From the NCBI GenBank assembly GCA_964618725.1, contig CAZUBK010000004.1, forward strand, positions 15,485 through 79,484: a stretch of 64,000 nt of DNA, in the 5' to 3' direction. This stretch comes from an uncultured Pseudomonadales bacterium. Lineage in GTDB: Bacteria > Patescibacteriota > Microgenomatia > UBA1400 > Chazhemtobacteraceae. The notes under the pieces are model-generated. The model ran no database searches and had not been told where the DNA came from. It saw only the letters and a list, made by a program, of their open reading frames with translations. Numbering within the stretch: position 1 is the stretch's first letter; every line of letters starts with the position of its first letter. Shown here one piece after another: positions 52,243-62,142 of this stretch. The translations under genes were made by a program, and so were the position numbers.

Positions 52243-53370
52243 CTACTTCGGGGGCTTCTGCGTTGGCACTGCCCCCGGTACGACATAGATCTGTTGGTTA
52301 ATATCAGCATAGTTGTTGTAGAAGATATTATCTGAAGACAGTACTACCTCTGCCCATTGCCGGACATCAACACCATACTGGTTCTGACCAAATTGACTGC
52401 CCTTGATCTCAACCACCGAGTGGCCAAAAGCCAAAACACCAGCCATCTTATTGTCAACAAACACGCTGCTCACAATCTTTCCCTTCGAATCATCAAAAAA
52501 GGCTATTGCCGCATGATTCAACTTCCCCCTCACCGAGATAACCGTCAATTGCCCTTGATCTTCAACCAGGATACCAACCGAGTGAGCATAAATCTGAGAA
52601 GTCGTAATGGTCACCTTCGATGTATCAAACACCACCACACCATATCGATTCCCCGTGGTGCCTCCATAAAAAAGACTGCCTGAAATCTCTACTTCCGCCC
52701 CGTTCTCGGCTAAGACACCAGCCCCCCAGTAATTGTCACCAAAGACCGATCCCGCTATTTCCCCGACCGCATTGGATATCCTCAATCCGGCGTGGAGATC
52801 GGCTTTATAATTACCCAGCGTTCGGGATCCAAAGAAATCAACATCCTTCACCGCAAAACTCATTCCTTCAATCAATACTGTATCTGAACCAATACCAAAT
52901 TGAGAGTAATGAAAACCTATCCCCTCAAGTTGTAGCTGATCCTCTGCCTCACCAATAAAATTAAACACACAGCCGCCCTGCGAGGCAAGAATAGTCGTCC
53001 TTTCCGATCCTGCTCCCCTTATCGTCAACGGTTTCTCAACCAACAAACACTCGCTTACCTTGTAAACTCCTGCTTCCAGAGTAATTACCTCGTCAGCCGC
53101 GGCCTCCAGGATCAAGTCGTCAATCAACACTCCCGGTAACTCAGTCTCAACTTCTTGTGTCGAGTCAGCGTTCTCTGGGAGTTCTAGTGGCGGCTCGGTC
53201 ACCTCAGGTCGTACCTCAGGCGTCGCCGTCGGTACTGGAAACAAATTACTGAAATCAGCCGTCGACTCAGGCGTTGCGGTCACCGGCACTACCACCGTCC
53301 GAGTTACTATTTCCGTTTGACCACAACCTACCAAAGACAATAAAACCAACAACCAACTCAATCTGCGCAT
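52243..53370 (-). CDS. lipoprotein with right-handed beta-helix
   Basis: LVGC lipobox, TP linker, parallel beta-helix repeats (N..G[VI]). Confidence 0.82.
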   Translation of the reverse strand: MRRLSWLLVLLSLVGCGQTEIVTRTVVVPVTATPESTADFSNLFPVPTATPEVRPEVTEPPLELPENADSTQEVETELPGVLIDDLILEAAADEVITLEAGVYKVSECLLVEKPLTIRGAGSERTTILASQGGCVFNFIGEAEDQLQLEGIGFHYSQFGIGSDTVLIEGMSFAVKDVDFFGSRTLGNYKADLHAGLRISNAVGEIAGSVFGDNYWGAGVLAENGAEVEISGSLFYGGTTGNRYGVVVFDTSKVTITTSQIYAHSVGILVEDQGQLTVISVRGKLNHAAIAFFDDSKGKIVSSVFVDNKMAGVLAFGHSVVEIKGSQFGQNQYGVDVRQWAEVVLSSDNIFYNNYADINQQIYVVPGAVPTQKPPK

Positions 53371-53480
53371 TACATAACCTCCAACGATCTATAAGTTAAT
53401 GAACTTTTCCGTATCATATCACTTTAGAGTCTTGAAACTGATACTACAAAAAAAGAGGCCCTCAACAGGCCTCGTCCTCA

Positions 53481-54548
53481 CTAACTCTCATCCCTAACCC
53501 GACACTCGTTGTTAATCAACGTTGCTCTCGCCTCATCCCGAATCCAGATATCCTCTAGCTCGTTTTCCTCACAAATATTTTTCGTCAACTCCGGTCTTGA
53601 ACTAAGAAAGACTCCAACCGCGATTTTGTTGCCTACCAACCTATTTCCTTCTGCCTCTCCGCCGGCCATTGACCAATACGCCACCCCAATCTGATTCGAA
53701 ACGCACTCATTCCTGAACAGGCGGGGTTTCCCAAAATTAAGAACCACAATTCCAAACACTCCATTATTGCTACAGATATTTCTTCTTGCTTCACCACTTC
53801 CGGCAATGTCATACAAAATACCGGCTAACAAATTATCCGTCACTGTATTCCCCACCAATATCGGCTTTGCCACCCCCGCCACAACTATCCCTGATTCCCC
53901 GTTATACCGACAAGTATTTCTCTTGGCCTTCCCTTTAGAACTGCCAAAAAAGCCTATTCCCATCACCAGATTGTCTGAACACAAGTTATCTACTAAAGTA
54001 ACTTTTACTCCTTCCCGCAGCAAAAAACCCGCTTGATTGTTATGGTGAGAATTGCATCCCCGCACCGTCCCAGTCGTCTTACCAATGATCGAGAGACCCG
54101 CCCGTCGGATATCTTTGTATCCCGTCTCTGCCCCCCTAAACTGACAATTGTAAAAGGAGATCTTTCCTCCCGTCACAAAAACTACATCCGCCGGCCTACT
54201 CCCTACATGGATCACACCAACTCCCCACAAGCGATAGAAACCACTCGGGCCAAACTGCACCACACATCCCGAGTCTTTCGAGGCAATCAACGTCTTATTT
54301 GAATCAAAGCCAATCAAATTTATCGACTTCTTGAATCTCACACATTTCTCTGTCTCATATATCCCAGGGGTAAGTAGCACTATTGCCCCATCTGGCACTC
54401 CATCGGCCATCATTAGCAAAGTATCATAGTCTCTACTTCCATCTGCCGACATAACTACTAATCGACCCGACCATCTTAAGATGACTATAGATATAGCAAG
54501 AACTATAGCCACCAAAAAGACAGAAAGAGCAATCTTCTTACCCATCAT
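53481..54548 (-). CDS. right-handed beta-helix (NosD/PbH1-like) protein
   Basis: Repeats N.C..N...GI; N-terminal TM. Confidence 0.85.
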   Translation of the reverse strand: MMGKKIALSVFLVAIVLAISIVILRWSGRLVVMSADGSRDYDTLLMMADGVPDGAIVLLTPGIYETEKCVRFKKSINLIGFDSNKTLIASKDSGCVVQFGPSGFYRLWGVGVIHVGSRPADVVFVTGGKISFYNCQFRGAETGYKDIRRAGLSIIGKTTGTVRGCNSHHNNQAGFLLREGVKVTLVDNLCSDNLVMGIGFFGSSKGKAKRNTCRYNGESGIVVAGVAKPILVGNTVTDNLLAGILYDIAGSGEARRNICSNNGVFGIVVLNFGKPRLFRNECVSNQIGVAYWSMAGGEAEGNRLVGNKIAVGVFLSSRPELTKNICEENELEDIWIRDEARATLINNECRVRDES

Positions 54549-54634
54549 CCACCTATCTCACAACTTGTTAAAGTCCGTTGTCTTAATTGTACACTTCTAA
54601 AAAAAGGCCCGGCTTAAAGCCGGGACCAATGAAA

Positions 54635-55348
54635 CTACTGACTTGGATCCAAAGGATTAGTCGCCGTTTCACCAAAGAGTTCCTCTCCATCCGTCCTACC
54701 GTCCCCATCAGTATCTGGATCAAGTGGATCGGTTTTTGTTCCCTTGGTTTCCAAAATATTTGCTAAACCATCGCCGTCAAAGTCCTGATTATACACAAAC
54801 GGATTCATCCCATACTGCTGAAGCTGAACCTCAAACCAGTCATCCCAAGGATCCTCGTCTGTACTCGACTCCACCGGATTAGTACCGTAAAGATAGACTT
54901 CCACACCATCAGTCAATTTGTCTCCGTCGGTATCCGGATTTGCCGGATCGGTTCCCCAAATTGCTTCATCTGTATCAAACAGATCGTCACCATCGGTATC
55001 AATATTCCCGACTAACGGATCAGACATAAAGACCAATACTTCCAAACCATCAGACGCCCCGTCTCCGTCAGTATCCGGGTTCAACGGATCGGTTCTGACT
55101 ATTTCTTCCGTCTCATCCCACAGAAGGTCCTTGTCTGTATCTTGCTTGACCACCAACCCACCAGTTTGAGGACTGACCGTCACCCCTACTGTTGGCGCTC
55201 TTTCCTCCGTCGGTAGATCAAGAATCCCACCGCCCCCTTCAGACGTCGGCTCAACCGTCTCTTCCTCTATCTCTTCGACTGCTTCCGATTTACAGGAAAC
55301 CAGCAACAACAAAAACAAAACACCACCAACAAACACCCACCGTTTCAT
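54635..55348 (-). CDS. lipoprotein with thrombospondin type-3-like repeats (paralog of 47891)
   Basis: LVSC lipobox; DTDGDG repeats. Confidence 0.85.
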   Translation of the reverse strand: MKRWVFVGGVLFLLLLVSCKSEAVEEIEEETVEPTSEGGGGILDLPTEERAPTVGVTVSPQTGGLVVKQDTDKDLLWDETEEIVRTDPLNPDTDGDGASDGLEVLVFMSDPLVGNIDTDGDDLFDTDEAIWGTDPANPDTDGDKLTDGVEVYLYGTNPVESSTDEDPWDDWFEVQLQQYGMNPFVYNQDFDGDGLANILETKGTKTDPLDPDTDGDGRTDGEELFGETATNPLDPSQ

Positions 55349-55528
55349 CAGAAACTCTCCCTTTATTTCTCAAAGTACTTCTAGCGATCAAAAAAGCATA
55401 TCACATACAAGTTTCTCATTTACAATTTCCTTCTAACGCTCCCTTGACAAAGATGATAGTATCTTTGCATTCAAGCTCTTTGACAATTAAACGGATCAAG
55501 GAGACACTTTTCTATAAGGAGGTGGAGA

Positions 55529-55621
55529 ATGAAATCCAAAAACTCCTCCCTCGGGTTGTGCTTTTATCTTGCTTTTCCTTCGGTTAATCGCCGCGTCTTT
55601 TATTGGTTAAAGGAATCATAA
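55529..55621 (+). CDS. candidate 30-aa leader peptide
   Basis: SD AAGGAGGT, ATG 55529, stop ends 1 nt before the FtsH-like ATG. Confidence 0.4.
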   Translation: MKSKNSSLGLCFYLAFPSVNRRVFYWLKES

Positions 55622-55622
55622 A

Positions 55623-58298
55623 ATGAAAAAGTATCTGCCACACTTCATCGTCGCTTCCATCTTCTATTTTATTTTCTCCATCATCTGGCTCACAAGTCAC
55701 AGTACCGCCTTACTTCCCTCCGGCTTAATCGCCCTTGGCGTTTATGTTTTTATGACACTCATCGTCTTTTTTGTCGTCCCTTCCTTGCATTCAGCCGAAA
55801 AGGGATCAAATCCAAACCGGCTAAGCAAACTCTTCTTTGGTAATTCTTCCCCTAGGAAGGAAGTAACTCCCGAAATAAGTATCGAAGTCGACGCCCAAGA
55901 AAGTTACCGTAAACAAGCCCGCATTGACGGTCTCAAACGAGACGCTGCCAAAATTCAAGACCGCCTCCTTCGACTCGGAGCCGTAATTGGTATTGCTCTG
56001 GTCGTCTACGTCGTCTTTATGAATCTTGTTTTTGGTCTCACCCCTATCGAAGTCTATTTTATCGCTTGGCCTCTTGTCGCCGTCTTGTGGTTGATACAGA
56101 TTGTCTTCTTCCCCAAATGGCTCACCTATACTTCTTTCCTCGTTTTTTGCGGACTCAGGTTTGGCATCGAGACAATTGGACCTCAAGTCCTCATGTATCT
56201 GCCCAACTTCATTATGCTCCCCTTCTTTTATTTAATGATGATGTTCTTCATGTTTGGCTCAATCATGATTCCTAATCTGCAACAGATTAAGTACTTCCGA
56301 CCCGGAGAAGGCAACTGGGAAGTGCCGAAAGGTTCTACCAGGGGCCAGTTCTTGGCTCGCGCCATGATCGAGACCCAAATCGATCGTTTCGTTCGTTATG
56401 CTAAAGGTCTTTCCGACCGTAAGCCGACGCGCGGCATGATCTTTGAAGGTCCTCCAGGGACCGGTAAAACGCTTTACGCCAAAGAGATCGCCACGGAGCT
56501 TGAGCTCCCGGTTGTGATCGCTGATGCTTCAGCATTTAACGCTCCCTTTATGGGCTTCGGCCAGCTTATTCCCCTCATCGTTCGTCACATTACCGAGGGC
56601 ATGGCCCGCGAGTTCGGTGGCGCCATCGTCTTTATTGACGAAGGCGAAATCCTCTTCGGTGCCCGTTCCGGTATGCAGCAGCAACAAAACCAGAGTCAGC
56701 GCGATGTCGACCTTTGGGACGTCCTCGACTGGCAAAATGGCGATCAGGTCTTTGACCTTCCCCATATTCGCACCCGTCTTTGGAACGAACAACAAATGTT
56801 TGCGGCTGCAGAAGTGCCGCCGCCAACGAGTGGGAAACACAACCTCTTTATGATGCCGGGTGGTGGTGGCGCTAGCGTCGCTATTTACCCCTTCTTAACC
56901 TGGATGAGCGGTACTAACTCGCCCCCCTTTATACAGCGCTTCATTCGTAGTCGGGTGAACACTCTGTTGTCCGCCCTCTTCATTCCCGTCACTGCCTTCG
57001 GTAAAACACTACGTCTACCCCCAGGCAAGCCTGTGGAAAGTAACGTTATGTTCATCACCGCCACCAACCGTTTCTTTATGTTCGACCCGGCCATGATTCG
57101 ACCTGGCCGATTCGGCATCGTCGCTAACTTCGTCAATCCAGACGAAGACGAGCGCGCCGACATCGCCAAGTTCTATCTCACCCGTTGGCACAAAAAGGGA
57201 TATTTCCAAGACGACCTAATCAGCTCGGAACGCATCCGTGAGTTCGCGCAAGCGACCCCCAATGCCTCCCCGGCCGAAATCGAGCAGATGATCGAAGAAG
57301 CAGTTGACGTCCGCGTCCAGCATGTTGCCGAGCTTCGCCGTCTCAAGCGCTACGCCGATGAAGGCAAACTTGATGAACTGCTTAAACGAGAAAAAAAGTT
57401 CTGGTTACGTTTCAAGAGCACCGTCTATGACACACGGGGACAAGAAATCACCGGCTGGGACGACGAACGAGTCGACTGGCAAGCGCTGATGGAGACCCGA
57501 AGTGCCATTAGTTTTGGCCGTGCCAATCCCGAAGCGACCAACGAGTCTACCCGACGAAATGTCGGCTTCCACGAATTCGGTCACTTCATTGCTCTAAAGA
57601 AATTTAACGGCAAACACATCAAGCCTACTCTGCTTACAGTTATCCCTCGTCGGGGAAGTTTAGGTATGGTGGCTCACATCCCTCACGATACTCGTGAGAT
57701 GCACATCCAAGAATATTATGAAGGTCTCATTCGTACTTCGGTGGCCTCTTGGGTAACCGAACACTACTTCTTTGGTCAAAACATGCCCGGTGTCACCGGA
57801 GATCTTAGAAACGCTACCAACGTTGCTGCCCTCATGGTCAGCAAATTCGGTATGCCCGTCTATAATCATACGGAAGCCGAGGGCGAGTATTTCGCCAAGA
57901 TTGGTGATATCCTCATCTCCGAACCCGAATCGAACATGTTCAATCCAACCGCTACCGCCATGGTAGAAAGTGCCCTTAGGACTAAACGTAAATCCGTCGA
58001 AATCGTCCTTGGTATGGCTGCAGTTGATTGCTATCGTCTCATCAGAAAAAACCAGAATCTCTTCCTTGAAGTCATTCCCGAATTTCTTGAGCTCGACGAG
58101 TTCTCCGGGAACAAGCTTGCCGATCTTTGGCAGCGACTTGAAACCGAGCTTGTCTCTCTCGAAGATATGAGTGAAACTGACCAACAGGTCCTCCCTCCTC
58201 ACTCCTTCGCGGTCAGCAATCCCTTCTATGGTCGTAGTCGCGCCGAAGGCGCCGATGTCTACGAACAGGTTAAAGCCATCACTGGAGTCGGCAAATGA
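55623..58298 (+). CDS. divergent FtsH-like AAA+ / M41 metalloprotease
   Basis: GPPGTGKT, FIDE, ATNR...DPAMIRPGRF, HEFGH, GDL; multi-TM N-terminus. Confidence 0.88.
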   Translation: MKKYLPHFIVASIFYFIFSIIWLTSHSTALLPSGLIALGVYVFMTLIVFFVVPSLHSAEKGSNPNRLSKLFFGNSSPRKEVTPEISIEVDAQESYRKQARIDGLKRDAAKIQDRLLRLGAVIGIALVVYVVFMNLVFGLTPIEVYFIAWPLVAVLWLIQIVFFPKWLTYTSFLVFCGLRFGIETIGPQVLMYLPNFIMLPFFYLMMMFFMFGSIMIPNLQQIKYFRPGEGNWEVPKGSTRGQFLARAMIETQIDRFVRYAKGLSDRKPTRGMIFEGPPGTGKTLYAKEIATELELPVVIADASAFNAPFMGFGQLIPLIVRHITEGMAREFGGAIVFIDEGEILFGARSGMQQQQNQSQRDVDLWDVLDWQNGDQVFDLPHIRTRLWNEQQMFAAAEVPPPTSGKHNLFMMPGGGGASVAIYPFLTWMSGTNSPPFIQRFIRSRVNTLLSALFIPVTAFGKTLRLPPGKPVESNVMFITATNRFFMFDPAMIRPGRFGIVANFVNPDEDERADIAKFYLTRWHKKGYFQDDLISSERIREFAQATPNASPAEIEQMIEEAVDVRVQHVAELRRLKRYADEGKLDELLKREKKFWLRFKSTVYDTRGQEITGWDDERVDWQALMETRSAISFGRANPEATNESTRRNVGFHEFGHFIALKKFNGKHIKPTLLTVIPRRGSLGMVAHIPHDTREMHIQEYYEGLIRTSVASWVTEHYFFGQNMPGVTGDLRNATNVAALMVSKFGMPVYNHTEAEGEYFAKIGDILISEPESNMFNPTATAMVESALRTKRKSVEIVLGMAAVDCYRLIRKNQNLFLEVIPEFLELDEFSGNKLADLWQRLETELVSLEDMSETDQQVLPPHSFAVSNPFYGRSRAEGADVYEQVKAITGVGK

Positions 58299-58903
58299 AG
58301 AAATTCAAAATCCCAATGAGGTTTATTCTAAACATCGCCGCCACTCTTCTTCTTGTCGCCATTCTTTTCTTGGCCTTTAAGTTCTATAACCCGAGTGGGA
58401 TCGCCACGATTGGCGATTCCCCTCCTCTCACCACTTTGGAACTTCTTGATGTTCAAGTTAAAGATAGTCCGGCGACAATCGTCACTATATCCGCCAATCT
58501 CCCGGCAAAAGGCCCAACCAGTCAAGCCGTCGCCGCTGACATCCTCAGCAGTTACAACTGGTCCAGGCAGTACTTTAGGCCATACAAGTGTGGCCCAGAA
58601 TACCCTGCCAGCCTTTGCCGTATTGGAGTAACCCAAATCATCATTTTTTCCACACAAGAAGGTGCCTGCTGGAACCCACCCAACGTCAAACCCTGCCAGG
58701 TCCAGATAGCCTCGGTCATCTTCTGGTTGGATCAAACTTACGTCGAAAGGCTGCCCTTTGGGGAGCCTCTCACCATCGAAGAACTAATTTACTTCCACCA
58801 ACAGGTGGCCCAAGAGACCATTGATCCCCGTAGTGGCAAACCGACAGGTGGCAACTTTGCCCAGCTTGAATCTGATCCCCGTTTATTTGTCTTATCTAAA
58901 TGA
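58295..58903 (+). CDS. membrane-anchored hypothetical protein
   Basis: ATGA overlap with FtsH-like gene; terminator 58909-58932. Confidence 0.7.
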   Translation: MKKFKIPMRFILNIAATLLLVAILFLAFKFYNPSGIATIGDSPPLTTLELLDVQVKDSPATIVTISANLPAKGPTSQAVAADILSSYNWSRQYFRPYKCGPEYPASLCRIGVTQIIIFSTQEGACWNPPNVKPCQVQIASVIFWLDQTYVERLPFGEPLTIEELIYFHQQVAQETIDPRSGKPTGGNFAQLESDPRLFVLSK

Positions 58904-58934
58904 CTTCTGACCCCGCCTTGCGGGGTCTTTTTCA

Positions 58935-59570
58935 TTATCTCCCCATCCTTGCCCCTACAACCCTCCACAATTGCCTTAAAAAGCTCTCTTGTATCAAGAT
59001 CTGGTCTAACTGCCCATTTAGCACTATCCGTCTCTCATTTGCCATCACCTTGTCGATTGCCTCCTCACTCCACTCACTTCTCCCTGCTGCCCGTCTAAAT
59101 CTCTCTACCCCGTGATCACTCGACTTCACCTCGATAAATACACTCTTAATTCCTAGATAGCCCAAGATCTGGAGTTCAAGCAAAAGAGCCGCCGCCAACA
59201 ACTCGCCTTCCTGATTCCATACCCACTCCAATATCTGCTCCTGTTCTGCTTTCCCGTCTTCAGTAAAAACCGTCTTTACCCCACTCCTAAAACTAATCTC
59301 CAAGTCTTTTCCCTGCCTGTCTTCTGCCCCCCATCTCACACATTCTCTAATTTTCTCGATCCCCATAAGCAAAGAGACTGCCTCAATTACATTCGATAGC
59401 GACGTCTCTCCCCTTTTCTCCGCTCTTAGTCCGGGTGCCGCAATCTTAAGTAATCGTTCATCTGCTTCCTCCGCCGTTACCCCCGGATCTTCTGAGATCA
59501 TCTCCAACCTCCTCATTAGATTCTTGGCATTTTTTCTTGGCTGGTTACCTTCTCTCTCTGCTTTATTCAC
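58935..59570 (-). CDS. hypothetical protein (possible PD-(D/E)xK-like)
   Basis: ED..GKD...FIEVKSS pattern; TAAAAT 6 nt before GTG. Confidence 0.6.
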   Translation of the reverse strand: MNKAEREGNQPRKNAKNLMRRLEMISEDPGVTAEEADERLLKIAAPGLRAEKRGETSLSNVIEAVSLLMGIEKIRECVRWGAEDRQGKDLEISFRSGVKTVFTEDGKAEQEQILEWVWNQEGELLAAALLLELQILGYLGIKSVFIEVKSSDHGVERFRRAAGRSEWSEEAIDKVMANERRIVLNGQLDQILIQESFLRQLWRVVGARMGR

Positions 59571-59595
59571 CCCAACATTTTATCAAATCCCAAAC

Positions 59596-59747
59596 ACCCT
59601 ACAAAAAGCGGACTTTAAGAGCAGTTTCCCCTGGATTCCAGGTGGGGTGAGCTGTCCCACATTCCAAAGAACGTGAGAACGAAAGCTCCCCTTAAAACTT
59701 AGCTTGTGGAGGAAAAAGTCTCCTAAAGCTTGTCGCGTCTGTAGGGC
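59596..59747 (-). ncRNA. candidate structured RNA (~150 nt)
   Basis: Closing stem CCCTACA/TGTAGGG, inner stems with G-U on - strand, TGnTATACT upstream. Confidence 0.45.
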
Positions 59748-59811
59748 TATACCTAGTATATCAAGCGATGCAACACTTGACTCAACATTACAAAAACATT
59801 ATCATCCCATT

Positions 59812-60093
59812 ATGAGTAAAACTATCTTTCAAGTTCCAATCGATAAGGATCTCCGTGACCAAGCAGTCGAAATGGCCCTAGCTTCCGGCTTCTCTTCCCT
59901 TCAGGAACCGGTTCGACTCTTCATCCGCCAATTTACCACCGGTGATCTCAAGATCAAGTTTGAATCAAAGATACAACTCTCCCCCAAGGCAATTAGACGC
60001 TACGACAGGATAACAGAAGATTTCAAAACCAATAAAAACATTTTTACTGTCCACGGCGTTGAGGAATTAATGAAGCACCTCAATCATTTGTGA
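59812..60093 (+). CDS. RelB/DinJ-like antitoxin
   Basis: RHH-like N-terminus, C-terminal VEELMKHL, upstream of toxin; TTGACT-17-TATCAT promoter. Confidence 0.75.
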   Translation: MSKTIFQVPIDKDLRDQAVEMALASGFSSLQEPVRLFIRQFTTGDLKIKFESKIQLSPKAIRRYDRITEDFKTNKNIFTVHGVEELMKHLNHL

Positions 60094-60100
60094 TCAACCA

Positions 60101-60364
60101 ATGGAACTTGTATATCACAAGAATTTTATCGCAAATCTAAACAAAAGAGTCCGTCCAAACTCAAAATTACTCAAACGCTTCCAGAACCGTCTGCAAGAAT
60201 TTATTGCCAATCCCAATAATGCCGTACTCAAAAATCATGCACTGACTGGAAGCAAAAAAGGGTTACATTCTTTTTCTGTCAATGGTGATGTTCGTGTTAT
60301 TTATCGATGTTACAAAAACAAAATCGAGCTATACGATATCGGCTCTCACAATCAGGTCTATTAA
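60101..60364 (+). CDS. YafQ/RelE family mRNA interferase
   Basis: LKNHALTG...SFSVNGDVRVIY...DIGSHNQVY. Confidence 0.9.
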   Translation: MELVYHKNFIANLNKRVRPNSKLLKRFQNRLQEFIANPNNAVLKNHALTGSKKGLHSFSVNGDVRVIYRCYKNKIELYDIGSHNQVY

Positions 60365-60557
60365 CTACCACTCCATCCAACCTTCAGTTGCACTGTTCTC
60401 CACAAATCCATCAATCTATTTACTTGTATATCGATCTAGCAAGTAGTATAGCTCCGCACTGACCTTGAAAATGGCGAAACTGGTAACCTCTTCATTTTTC
60501 TCCCCTCAGGATGTAAAATAGTCCCATAACGCACTTTTCAAAATACGGAGGACTCAT

Positions 60558-61088
60558 ATGCCCCTATCACAATTGTCCGATTTGAAAACGGACATTCACC
60601 GAGACTTTCAGCAGATACTTTGCCTTCACCTGCGACACTATCGCACACTCACCCAAGTCATCGACCTGAGTACCGATCTCTCTCGATACGGCAACAATCA
60701 AGAAAACCGCCAGGACCTACTTAGCTCTATTAGTCGCTTCCAGGGACAACTCGCCTCTGAGGTAACCACAACCTACGCCCTCACTAAGGCTCTAACCGAC
60801 TACATTACTACTCTGCAAAACGCCCCACATTTTCGACCGGAAATCATTGGTGTCTTGGCCGTCCTACGCCGCTCCCTAGACGAACGAGCTGGCCACCTAG
60901 CCAGACTGGTCTTCGCTCTCAATCCAGTCTACTTCACGCTTGGTTTCTCCTCGACCGAGTTCGATCATGCTAAAGAATATTTCTCTCAACTTGCGGCCTC
61001 AAACAGCGAGGACACAGAAAGGCTCTACGACAGCTTACTCATCCTCAATGATCTTTTCGATCTGTCGTCTCCTCTTGGTTTGAATTAG
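60558..61088 (+). CDS. helical hypothetical protein
   Basis: TAAAAT, GCACTTTTCAAA, GGAGG SD, hairpin 61095-61118. Confidence 0.7.
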   Translation: MPLSQLSDLKTDIHRDFQQILCLHLRHYRTLTQVIDLSTDLSRYGNNQENRQDLLSSISRFQGQLASEVTTTYALTKALTDYITTLQNAPHFRPEIIGVLAVLRRSLDERAGHLARLVFALNPVYFTLGFSSTEFDHAKEYFSQLAASNSEDTERLYDSLLILNDLFDLSSPLGLN

Positions 61089-61178
61089 CTTTCCCTGACC
61101 GCTCTCCCAAGCGGTCAGTTTCATTTCCACCAATCCCGCTTAAAGCGGGGTGCTTTCTTACATGATAAAATCAGCTCT

Positions 61179-61400
61179 ATGACTTCTGATAAGCAAACTC
61201 CAAAAAAGCGGGCAGGCTCATATATTCTTGCTTTTTTCCATGCAGTTAAGGTAGAATTAGCTTTGACAAATTGGCCAACCCGTCAAGAGACGACTAGGCT
61301 GACTCTTGTCATCATCATCGCCACCGCTCTGATTGGTATGTACATCGGCGGCCTTGACCTTATATTTACTAATCTATTAACCAAGCTACTCACCAAATAA
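61179..61400 (+). CDS. secE: preprotein translocase SecE
   Basis: EL..TNWPTR.E, single TM, upstream of nusG. Confidence 0.9.
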   Translation: MTSDKQTPKKRAGSYILAFFHAVKVELALTNWPTRQETTRLTLVIIIATALIGMYIGGLDLIFTNLLTKLLTK

Positions 61401-61421
61401 CCCGTCTCTAGCTAAAGTCAC

Positions 61422-62063
61422 ATGGCTAAAAAAACTCAAACCGATCCCGTTGTAGAAGAAACCCAAATCGTCAATAGTGATGATATTCAAAACGTAACTG
61501 ATTCCGATAATCATATCATCATCTCCGATACACCCAATCCCCGCTCCCATTGGTATGTCGTCCACACTTATGCTGCTCAAGAAAGCCGCACCGCGCATAC
61601 CCTAAAACAAAAAGTCGAAACACTCGGTCTGACTGAGTTTGTTAAAGAGATCCTCATCCCCACCCAAGAAAAAATCAAAATTGCCAAAGGCCGCAAATCT
61701 ACAATCAAAGAGAAGATCTTCCCCGGCTATCTACTTCTTCGCATGGAAGTCACTGATACCTCTTGGCTGGCTGTTCGTACTACTCAAGGAGTAACTGGTT
61801 TCGTTGGTATTGGCAACAAACCTACTCGTCTGCCCGATTCCGAAGTCGAAGCCATTAAACAGTTCATCGTCCAAAAAGCTCCCAAGTTCCAATCCACTTT
61901 TACTGTAGGAGAAGCCGTCAAGATCGTCGAAGGCCCCTTTGCGGATATGTTAGGTAGCGTCAACAAACTCGACGAAGACAAGGGTAAAATCACCGTTCTC
62001 GTCTCCATGTTCGGTCGGGAGATCCCCGTCGAGCTCGACTTCCTCCAGGTCGCAAAAATTTAG
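61422..62063 (+). CDS. nusG: transcription factor NusG
   Basis: WYVVHTY, FPGY, VTGFVG, KOW GPF, MFGRE. Confidence 0.96.
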   Translation: MAKKTQTDPVVEETQIVNSDDIQNVTDSDNHIIISDTPNPRSHWYVVHTYAAQESRTAHTLKQKVETLGLTEFVKEILIPTQEKIKIAKGRKSTIKEKIFPGYLLLRMEVTDTSWLAVRTTQGVTGFVGIGNKPTRLPDSEVEAIKQFIVQKAPKFQSTFTVGEAVKIVEGPFADMLGSVNKLDEDKGKITVLVSMFGREIPVELDFLQVAKI

Positions 62064-62073
62064 CCAATTTTTA

Positions 62074-62098
62074 AGATCCTGAGCTTCAGCGAATGGGT
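62074..62098 (+). repeat. single REP-like unit of the 10925/41061 family
   Basis: AGATCCTGAGCTTCAGCGAATGGGT. Confidence 0.85.
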
Positions 62099-62142
62099 GG
62101 CGAAAGTCGTGGTACAATGCGTCCACCTACAGGAGGTGAACC

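Noticed and set aside
43917-61090. Prophage or integrative element at tRNA-Trp
   Set aside because: No integrase, structural or replication genes, and no duplicated tRNA end seen
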